Shown here: positions 53,151 to 64,000 of the stretch, piece by piece
How the letters are laid out: each line of letters opens with the position of its first letter
How positions within the stretch are numbered: the stretch's first letter is position 1
Source of the DNA: Octopus vulgaris
Lineage: Eukaryota
Direction: 5' to 3'
DNA: 64,000 bases
Assembly (NCBI GenBank): GCA_951406725.2
Contig: OX597833.1
Span: forward strand, 20,460,001-20,524,000
The notes under the pieces: model-generated
What the model saw: only the letters and a program-made list of their open reading frames with translations
What the model was told of the DNA's origin: nothing
Database searches by the model: none
Translations under genes and position numbers: made by a program

Positions 53151-54181
53151 TCTCTATATATAAAACTGAGAATGTGTGTCTGTCTGTAAGTGTGTTTCCC
53201 TAAAACTTGAGAACTACACAACCAATTTCATTCAAATTTTACACATGCCTTACTTAGGGTCCGGGGAGTGTCATCGCCAAAAAAATGTTCAACTTCTTGC
53301 CTAGAGCGAGCCCATAGCAATATCATATCTTCTCCACTATTTCAGTATTACGTGTTAAAAGTGAAACAAAAACATTTCTCTATTTTATGTCAGATACTTT
53401 CACTTTAACAATAAAAATAATAATAACAATTGAATTATATGTCGTAAGTAATAATTAAAATCAAACTAAAGTATAATATAATCGTAACATAACGAAAGTA
53501 AAAATAGCAATTGGTATAAAATTGCATCAATGACTTGAACTTGAATAAGTGGTTTCACATGAATGGGAATAAATTAAAAATAAAATTAGTGTGCAGAAAT
53601 GGAATAGTCCAGATGGATAATAAAAAATTAAATTAAAGAAAAGACTATTGTCTATAAAGTATACAATGTAGAGAAAAGAGAAGATTTGAACACCTGGTGG
53701 AAAGCACCTTCGAAAAGTGTCTTGGTGCGACTATGAAAGATATCTAACCAGAGGCGGTAAATAAGCCACAATAGAAGCAAGGTTCGAGTCAATGAAGCGT
53801 GCAAGGGAGTACTCAACTCGAACTTGCAAAGTGGAAACATTTTATTTTTACCTTTATATCTGGGACGTAGGACGTCCCGGATAAAAATTTGAAATGCCCC
53901 CCCCTCCTCGAAGTAGAGGTAGGCTGGATTGTAGCCACACTTCTATACAAGAGGGAGGACAAGATACAATTGATCGAAATTGCAAGAGACGGGCTAACAA
54001 TTCCAGTCTGTTATATATTTTGAGTATTGTTATCACTAGCGATATCAAGATATAACTTTGTATTTTGTATTTTATGTGTAGATGTATATATATAGATGTA
54101 CATGTAATATGTACACATATATATACAGATATATACATGCACTAGCACTATGACCCGGCAACGACGGGTCTTTAATGCTAG
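53151..54181 (+). mobile_element. Non-autonomous Helitron-like element
   Basis: 5' A/TCTCTATATATAAAACTG; 3' hairpin GACCCGGCAACGACGGGTC then CTAG/T. Confidence 0.7.
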
Positions 54182-54292
54182 TTTATAGTATATCTATTAT
54201 AATTATACATATAATTATATATATAACTCCACGTGTGTATCGTTGGCGATTTTCTTTCTCCGTCTTCCCTTCCTTGGACCTTTCTGTTTTCT

Positions 54293-54327
54293 GTTTCTGA
54301 CGAAAAGCTCCGCTCGAAACGTTAAAT
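54293..54327 (+). ncRNA. Minimal hammerhead-like motif (same family as 14674-14708)
   Basis: GUUU-CUGACGA-A-AAGC UCC GCUC-GAAA-CGU-U-AAAU. Confidence 0.6.
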
Positions 54328-54758
54328 CCTTCTTTCTTTCCTTTCTTGAGCATCCAATAACACTATACTTGTTCCACGTCCTCGAGTTGTTGTGTTTTCT
54401 CTTTGTTCATGTTTGGATTAGGAGCACTCCGTCATTAGCGCAGACGAGGGTCCCAGCTGATACGATCAACGGAACAGCTTGCTCGTGAAATTAACGTGCA
54501 AGTGGCTGAGCGCTCCACAGACACGTGTACCCTTAACGTAGTTCTCGGAAAGATTCAGCGTGACAAAGAGTGTGACAAGGCTGGCCCTTTGAAATACAGG
54601 TACTACTCAATTTTTGCTAGCTGAGCGAACTGGAGCAACGTGAAATAATGTGCCTTGCTTAAGGACACAACGCGCCGCAGGGAATTGAACTCACGACCTT
54701 ATCATCATGAGCCGAATGCCCCTAACCACTAAGCCACGCGCCTTCACATGTTTGGATT

Positions 54759-54810
<52 letters not shown>

Positions 54811-54826
54811 CTATATATATATATAA

Positions 54827-54863
<37 letters not shown>

Positions 54864-54866
54864 TAC

Positions 54867-55072
54867 ACAAATATTCTATAATTATAAACATGATTATAAT
54901 TAGGGGTCAGCTAATTGCTTCACCACATACCGAATTTAGAAATAGGAGTTAAAAATTCCTTTTTTACTACAGTAGAAAAGGAAATTTTAAATCCTATTTC
55001 TAAATTCGGTATGTGGTGAAGCAATTAGCCGACACCTAATTATAATTATGTTTATAATTATAGAATATTTGT
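54867..55072. repeat. ~200 bp near-perfect palindrome, followed by a ~160 bp tandem duplication
   Basis: Arms pair around ACTACAGTAG near 54970; ~55055-55215 is repeated at ~55217-55380. Confidence 0.9.
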
Positions 55073-55173
55073 ATAATTTTACCTATAAAGGTTATTTTAA
55101 CGTACCGATCTACTTGGTAAAACTATTAATTAATTGATTGATTAATTAATTAATTTGATTAATTTTACCTTTT

Positions 55174-55221
<48 letters not shown>

Positions 55222-55336
55222 TATAGAATATTTGTATAATTTTACTTATAAAGGTTATTTTAACGTACCGATCTACTTGGTAAAACTATTAATTAATTGA
55301 TTGATTAATTAATTAATTTGATTAATTTTACCTTTT

Positions 55337-55390
<54 letters not shown>

Positions 55391-55391
<1 letters not shown>

Positions 55392-55913
55392 GGCTTCTGA
55401 TCTTAACTGATTGGAAGTGTTATCATGTACATTGTTTTGTCTTGGTATAAAAGATGGGCTACAGCAAATATTCTGCTCAATACCACAGATTTGCTTGTCA
55501 GTTGTTTGGCCTTAACCAGTTGAGCATGTCCCTTAGTGGCTGACGATATGTGCATCTCTGATCACGAGCAGAAGTAGTGGGGGAGCATCATAGCCATGTG
55601 TTGAGAAGGATTCTTTGGGGTTTGAATAATTCACCTCTGGAAACATGGGTGTTTCGTTCAACATCCTTAAACAACCCTTATTCAGGGACCTTTTGAGTGG
55701 GATGGGTTACACGACCTGAAGAAAATTCTAACTGGGCCCCACCTGCAAGGTCATGTGCTGTTTATCTTGATATGAGATCACCATGTCGCGTACATATGGT
55801 TGTGATGCATGTGCCTAGTGTACCCTTATCAGACGGGTAGTCATGATGGGTATACTGGGCTTCGTATATTTTACCCCAGTGTCACTTTGATGGCATGCAC
55901 TGCTCTCTCACTC
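55391..55913 (+). mobile_element. (AAT)n-flanked ~560 bp element, 5'-truncated copy
   Basis: Homologous to 9922-10510. Confidence 0.85.
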
Positions 55914-56079
55914 AATAATAATAATAATAATAATAATATTAATAATAATATGTTTGTATGTATGTATGTATGTATATTTGCAAGACTTTGTGAAATTTAC
56001 TTGATACAGTTTTACAAAGTATAAAAAAGATTTAAAAAAAGTTGTAAATTCTTTATCAGAACGTCAGTAACCTTTTTGG

Positions 56080-56187
<108 letters not shown>

Positions 56188-56558
56188 GGAACAAAAATGC
56201 AATAGAAGGCATTAAAACGTTCGGATAGATAGACGATACAAAGGCGGACAAGAGAAACAACATTTAGGCAAAAAAAAAAAAAAAGACGGGTCATTCTTGG
56301 CTTTCATTCATCAGTGAAGTCCCAGAAGTCACGACCATTTCGGACAGTTACACTTGAGATGGTTCAATCTGGTTGCCCCCCACCACCAAAGTCTAAGCCA
56401 AGAGCATTAGACCCCTTTAAGTCTTTGTTAAAACTACTTGATACAATTTTACCAAGTATAAAAATAAAAAAAAACATTTTAAAAATAAAACTTGTTAATT
56501 CTTTATCAGAACATCACTAACCTTTTTAGAAGACCTTCCTTTCTGGAGTGCGAGCACT

Positions 56559-56638
<80 letters not shown>

Positions 56639-56781
56639 AGTTGTCTATAATGCTAAGTGTTCCATGGGTGCGAAACCATTGGCCACTTTATGACCGGACA
56701 TATATTTAACTGTATGTAAATATTCTTCTGCTGTATGCTTTAAAGTGTGCCTCTTTTTGGGATATATGATCCACTGACGAC

Positions 56782-56881
<100 letters not shown>

Positions 56882-57159
56882 AATTATATATATAATTATA
56901 TATGTATACACATATATGTATATGTGAGAGAGTGTATGTGTGAGTGTGTGTTTTGCGTGTGTTCATGTACACCGTAGTATATAATACCTTCAATAGAGTG
57001 CGAAATTACTTGCACGTGAGTAACAGCCGGTACTAATTTACTGATGCACTAACAGAGTTTCAATTTCATTTCAAGGTTATAACCCACTACAAAACATTGA
57101 TCTATTAATTGTTTTTTATAATCAGCAGTGTGTTTCTATAGAAATATAATGTAAACGAG

Positions 57160-57648
57160 CAAAGTTAATTACCACATCAATATGTCTGTTCGATGTTACT
57201 ACCGATTGAATTTCAGGCAGATCTTTCGTCAGCTGGTTGTAGGTCCAGCCTACATATTGTATATATTGCAAGCAGGGGAGCGAACTCCTATCATCCTCCA
57301 ACAGTATAGTTTCTACTGTCATCAAATATTGAGATTTTCCAGCTGTTTACTTTGCTTGTTGCAAACCAGTGACCAATGGTCGCTTTGTTTTCTATATTTT
57401 GCAATCTGGAACGGACTCTAGCTGTTTCTCTATCGACCGAGTATTCACAACTGAGGATAGGCAGAAATATCCCGAAACCGAGTCGGTTTCGTGATTCCCT
57501 CATCTGCAGCAGGGTGGTAGGGGTTCGCTCTCCTGCTTACTATATATACAAATGTGCAGGCTACACCTATAACCAGTTGGCAGAAGGTCAGCCTGGGGGT
57601 TCAAACGGTAGTAACATCGGACAGCCATATTGGTGTGGCGATTAACTT
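57160..57648. mobile_element. Diverged inverted duplication enclosing hammerhead-like motifs
   Basis: ~57160-57300 is an imperfect reverse complement of ~57510-57648; motifs at 57445-57506. Confidence 0.7.
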
Positions 57649-57656
57649 TATTTCTC

Positions 57657-58085
57657 AAGGCGGCCAGCTGGCAGAAATGTTAGCATGCCGGGCGAAATGC
57701 GTAGCCGTATTTCGTCTGCCGTTACGTTCTGAGTTCAAATTCCGCCGAGGTTGACTTTGCCTTTCATCCTTTCGGGGTCGATTAAATAAGTACCACTTAC
57801 GCAGTGGGGTCGATGTAATCGACTTAATCTGTTTGTCTGTCCTTGTTTGTCCCCTCTATGTTTAGCCCCTTGTGGGCAATAAAGAAATAAGAGACGTTAG
57901 CACGCTGGGTGAAATACTTAGCGGCATATCGCCTGTCTTTACGTTCTGAGTTCAAATTCCGCCGAGGTCGACTTTGCCTTTCATCTTTTCGGGGTCGATA
58001 TATTAAGTACCAGTTGCGTACAGGGGTCGATCTAATCGACTGGGCCCGTCCCCCAAAATTTCGGGCCTTGTGCCTAGAGTAGAAA
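57657..58085 (+). mobile_element. SINE family B dimer; another multimer at 58580-58980(-)
   Basis: Family-B units. Confidence 0.85.
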
Positions 58086-59236
58086 CTTTACTTGTCAGTA
58101 TATTTACTACTCTCGTCTGTTATCTCTTTTACTCTTTTACTTGTTTCAGTCATTTGACTGCGGCCATGCTGGAGCACCGCCGTTAGTTGAGCAAATCGAC
58201 CCCAGGACTTATTCTTTGTAAGCCTAGTACTTATTCTATCGGTCTCTTTTGCCGAACTGCTAGTTTACGGGGACGTAAACACACCAGCATCGGTTGTCAA
58301 GCGATGTTGGGGGAGGGGGGCAAACACAGATACACGAACACACACACACACAGACACACACACACACACACATATACATATATACATGTATACGACAGGC
58401 TTCTCTCAGTTTCCGTCTACCAAATCCACTCACAAGGCTTTGGTTGGCCCGAGGCTATAGTAGAAGACACTTGTGCAAGGTGTCATGCAGTGGGACTGAA
58501 CCCGGGACCATGTAGTTGGTAAGCAAGCTACTTACCACACAGCCACTCCTACGCCTACAGAGTATTAAAGAAAAAAAAAAAGAAATACCGCTAAGCATTT
58601 CACCCAGCGTGCTAAAGTTTCTTATTTCTTTTTTGCCCACATGGGGATAAACATAGAGGAGACAAGCAAGGACAGACACACGGATTAAGTCGATTATATC
58701 GATCCAGTGCGAAACCGGTACTTATTTAATCGACGCCGAAAGGATGAAAGGCAAAGTCGATCTCGGCGGAATTTGAAGTCAGAACGTAGCGACAGACCTA
58801 TTTCTTTACTACCCACAAGGGGCTGAACACAGAGAGGACAAACAAGGACAGACAAACGGATTAAGTCGATTATATCGATCCCAAAGCAAAGTCGACCTCG
58901 GCGGCATTTGAACTCACAACGTAACGGCAGACGAAATACCGCTAAGCATTTCGCCCGGCGCGCTAACGTTTCTGCCAGCTATTGAGATTTTACAACTTTC
59001 TACCTTGTTCAATGTAAACATATCGTCACTGAATACGATATAATCAGACAGCATGCACCCTTGTGTTGATATTTCAGCAAACACCGCGTTTTCTTCTCTT
59101 CTGTGCACGAATGGAATTCGATTAAAAAAAAAAACAATGGTTACATCTGTCTATACATGTTTATAGATAGAATCTGATGTATATTATAACATTGAAACAT
59201 AACACAGTTAAACGTACCAGTGATATATTCAAGCTT

Positions 59237-59345
<109 letters not shown>

Positions 59346-59554
59346 GCAATAAAGATTCAAGTTAATTTAAATGAATTTACTTGAATATGGTACCTAACTT
59401 AGATGCACCAAAAAAAACTATACTGTTTTAACAATACAATAATGTGGGGTGATTATAAGCGAGAAAGAAGCAACAAGAATGGATAGGTTAAAGCCTGTCC
59501 TTGTATGAAACGATTGTACTAAAAACCTATCCATTCTTGTTGCTTCTTTCTCGC

Positions 59555-59597
<43 letters not shown>

Positions 59598-59600
<3 letters not shown>

Positions 59601-59821
59601 TGTACATTTAAACACATAAGAGGCATCCATCATTAGGGCTCCTTGCACGCTAGAGAGAACAGTTATATTCCAAACCACTATTAGGGATTAGATGGTAAAA
59701 GTTTTTATTGTTTATTCCCTTCGAAATTTTATTCATAATAGCTGTTTGGAATTTAACTGTTCTCTCTAGCGTGCAAGGAGTCTCAATGATAGATGCCTCT
59801 TATGTGTTTAAATGTAAACTG
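59598..59821. mobile_element. Fold-back/MITE-like element with ~85-bp TIRs flanked by TA
   Basis: TA/CAGTGTACATTTAAACACATAAGAGGCATC...GATGCCTCTTATGTGTTTAAATGTAAACTG/TA. Confidence 0.75.
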
Positions 59822-59917
59822 TATTTATATGAATAATATATAGCCTATTGACAAAATTTTTACACGCTAGGCCACTGGTAATGGAAATTTGTAATATTCC
59901 TGATTACCCTTTGATAT

Positions 59918-60070
<153 letters not shown>

Positions 60071-60188
60071 AATAGGTGAATGAATTATCCTATGTTTATC
60101 GTCAGCATGGAAAACATGTTGTCTTCGAAACATATGTCGAGAGTAAAGGAATTTTGTTAACATCTTCGTTCGACTCCATTCTTTCATT

Positions 60189-60253
<65 letters not shown>

Positions 60254-60664
60254 ATGTATGTATGTGCGTGTGTGTGTGTGTATACAGTCAGCTCAATACA
60301 GGACTGAATTCGTGGATAAGAGTGGGTGGGGAACGGCATTGAATAAATAGACGGGTCATATGTTGAGAGGTGTTGCAGACAGAGGAAATGTGAAAAAGAG
60401 ACGACTCGCTTGGTGTAGGTGGGATGTGAAGAGGAAAAGTCAAAACAGGAATGGGAATCGGTGGTAACAAGTTAACCCCAACATCACGTAGGGCAATGGC
60501 TTGTTTGTCCAGAAGGTCCTGCCCTTACCGAGGCATTTTGTTTGTTTTGTTGGCAGGTTCATCATCCATCGCCGGCATTGTGTGCAACAGTCGAAATACT
60601 TTGTTTGAGAGAAAAGGAGATAAGTTTATACTTGGTATAATTTTTCCAAGTAAATGAAGTCACA

Positions 60665-60760
60665 TGTTGTAGTAGTAGTAGTAGTAGTAGTTGTTGTTGT
60701 TGTTGTTGTTCTTCTTCTTCTTCTTCTTCTTCTTCTTCTTCTTCTTCTTCTACTTCTTCT

Positions 60761-60808
<48 letters not shown>

Positions 60809-60811
60809 GTA

Positions 60812-60884
<73 letters not shown>

Positions 60885-60949
60885 GTCTATCTATCGATCT
60901 GTCTGTTTGTCTGTCTGTCTATCTGTCTATCTGTCTGTCTGTCTGTCTG

Positions 60950-61044
<95 letters not shown>

Positions 61045-61065
61045 GTCTGTCTGTCTGTCTATCTA

Positions 61066-61144
<79 letters not shown>

Positions 61145-61180
61145 GTCTATCTATCTGTCTATCTGTCTATCTATCCATCT
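60665..61180. repeat. Compound microsatellite (GTA, GTT, CTT, CT, TA, TATC, TGTC)
   Basis: Direct inspection. Confidence 0.95.
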
Positions 61181-61299
61181 ACATACATTTACATATATAA
61201 GGATACTGTAATTAACATAATTAGGCCAACTCTGCATTAAACTTATAATTAAGCGAACTTTTTTTTCTGATAAGTCAGTATAAAAGAAGCACCATAAAG

Positions 61300-61384
<85 letters not shown>

Positions 61385-61397
61385 AAGGGAGAGAAAG

Positions 61398-61451
<54 letters not shown>

Positions 61452-61739
61452 AGAGGATGTTATAACACAGCGTTACTTTTAGAAGCATATTTGTATAAAT
61501 CGCGTTCAATAACAATTTTATTTAAAACTTATATTTGCCAACTCTGATTAAGATTATTTAAGGTTAGAGGTTTGCCAGCTGTGACCAGCTCAGAGACATT
61601 GTATTTAGGACCTCCGTTTTTAAAAAGACGGTAGGTAGCTTGCGATTTAAGATTTTATTGTTATTTTTAGCTTAATTGATCGAATGCTTGGTTTTGTTAG
61701 TAAATGCCTAAGAGACACTATTGAAAAGCTACAGGTGAA

Positions 61740-62170
61740 AAATTATGTTGTGCAGGATGAATATTATCGGCAGAGACGCCCTAAATGTTACTGAAACAGG
61801 AGGAAGAACAACAGAGGAAGCAGAAGGAGAAAAATGGGACTACGTGGCCAATTCATGCAACAGACTGAAGATATTGGAAATAAAAAAAACTTTGGCTATG
61901 GCTGGCAGACGGAGACTTGAAACGAGAAGCTGAAGCGCTGACGATAGCCGCTCAGGAACAAACCGTTAGGTTAAATCTGATAAAGGCGAAGATCGACAGA
62001 ACTCTGTCAGAGAGCAAAAGCAGAAGTTGAAGGAAAGTATCGATCATCTCTTGAGTGCAGTAAGCTAGCGCAAAAAGAGTTTAAGCGCAGGTACGACTGT
62101 ATAAGTAAAAGAGTTCATAGAAATGTTAGCCGTGTGTATGGCTTGGAAATAACAGGAGAGTGGTTGAAAG
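61740..62170 (+). mobile_element. Decayed R4/Dong-like LINE fragment (zinc-finger region)
   Basis: WLWLADGDLKREAEALTIAAQEQTVRLNLIKAKID then ESIDHLLS...LAQKEFKRRYD across frameshifts. Confidence 0.8.
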
Positions 62171-62238
62171 AGGCATACACACACGCACACACACGAAACA
62201 CACACAGAGTTTTAATTAGTTAGCTAATTTCTAACTAT

Positions 62239-62269
<31 letters not shown>

Positions 62270-62465
62270 AATGCACATATGTGTATATGTATCTATATAT
62301 ATAGGCGCAGGAGTGGCTGTGTGGTAAGTAGCTTGCCTACCATCCACATGGTTCCCGGTTCAGTCCCACTGCGTGGCACCTTGGGCAAGTGTCTTCTACT
62401 ATAGTCTCGGACCGACCAAAGCCTTGTGAGTGGATTTGGTAGACGGAAACTGAAAGAAGCCTGTC

Positions 62466-62565
<100 letters not shown>

Positions 62566-62766
62566 TTGTGTTTGTCCCCCTAGCATTGCTTGACAACCGA
62601 TGGTGGTGTGTTTATGTCCCCGTCACTTAGCAGTTCGGCAAAAGAGACCGATAGAATAAGTACTGGGCTTACAAAGAATAAGTCCCGGGGTCGAGTTGCT
62701 CGACTAAAGGCGGTGCTCCTGCATGGCCGCAGTCAAATGACTGAAACAAGTAAAAGAGAAAGAGAA

Positions 62767-62802
<36 letters not shown>

Positions 62803-62822
62803 ATATAATATAATATAATATA

Positions 62823-62898
<76 letters not shown>

Positions 62899-63745
62899 TG
62901 TATGTATATATCAATGTTTTTATGTCCAGTTATAATAAAAACCAATTGTTCATTAATCTGATAGGTTACTCTATACTTTTGTAGAGTACAAATTTATTGC
63001 AGAATACAAAGTTCTAACGTAGTGGATGTAAAACTCTGAAGAAAGAATCTGTCCAAACCTTTAGATTTTCCACTCTTCGTGGCAAGTCCACTGTGCTCTT
63101 TCTTAATCGGTTTTATCAAACAATACAAGTCGCATATTTCTATTATTTAAGTGTTCGCAGACCAACACTGGTAACTTTAGAATCTGTTTGATTATATAAT
63201 TAATAAGTTATATGGTTATTAAAACCCGTACATCGAAAGGGGACATAGTAACCAATATAATTATTTTAAATTGTAGGAAAATAGGGAATGGAAATGGTAA
63301 GGAGATAGGATAATTGCACATCCTGATCATGATCAAGCGCCTATTTGAGTTATGAATGACGAAGGCTTTTGGTTCTATTTTTTTTTTCATATTTTTACAT
63401 TATTACGTTTTCGTATACTTATATTTTATAAGCATAAGCATGACTGTGAGACGAGGAAGTTTGCCTTGCAATCACGTAGTTTCGGGTTCACGTTGTGCAA
63501 ATGTCCTCTGTAATAGCCCCGGGCCGATTAAAGCCTTGTGAAAGAATCTGGTAGATGAAAACTGTGAATGCCGTCGTATATATATATGAGAGGCTGTGTG
63601 GTAAGTAGCTTCCTTATCAACTGCATGGTCCCGGGTTCAGTCCCACTGCGTGGCACCTTGGGCAAGTGTCTTCTACTATAGCCTCTCGGGCCGTCCAAAG
63701 CCTGGTGAGTGGATTTGGCAGATGGAAACAGAAAGAAGCTTGTCG

Positions 63746-63804
<59 letters not shown>

Positions 63805-63911
63805 CTGTGTTTGTTCCCTCCCCCCACCATCGCTTGATAACTGATGTTGATGTGTTTACGTCGCGTAAGCTAGCGGTTCGGCAAAAGAGAGTCGATAGAA
63901 TAAGTACTAAG

Positions 63912-63977
<66 letters not shown>

Positions 63978-64000
63978 TACGACAGGCTTCTTTCAGTTTC

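Noticed and set aside
60120-60145. GAAACATATGTC half-hammerhead
   Set aside because: No CUGANGA upstream on the same strand

Overview
AT-rich, microsatellite-saturated eukaryotic DNA. The SINE families and repeat texture look like a coleoid cephalopod (Octopus-like) genome, which is my recollection and was not checked. No intact host protein-coding gene is recognisable, and nearly all listed ORFs are microsatellite or SINE translations. The window holds at least four tRNA-derived SINE families, a decayed Ty3/Gypsy LTR element, and a CR1-type LINE 3' end. It also holds R4/Dong-type LINE fragments in (AAT)n tracts, three Penelope-like element (PLE) remnants, an L1/Tx1-like ORF1 remnant, a mariner fragment, MITEs with target-site duplications (TSDs), Helitron-like elements and a tRNA-Glu pseudogene. 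The most notable signal is a set of about eight minimal type-I hammerhead-ribozyme-like motifs. Most lie in 150-250 bp non-coding units inside (TA)n tracts, one lies at the 3' end of a PLE remnant, and two lie at the centre of fold-back structures. Also notable are SINE multimers joined at two fixed junctions, a SINE/LINE shared 3' tail, an (AAT)n-targeting 560 bp element and several isolated candidate exons. Boundaries of decayed elements are approximate.
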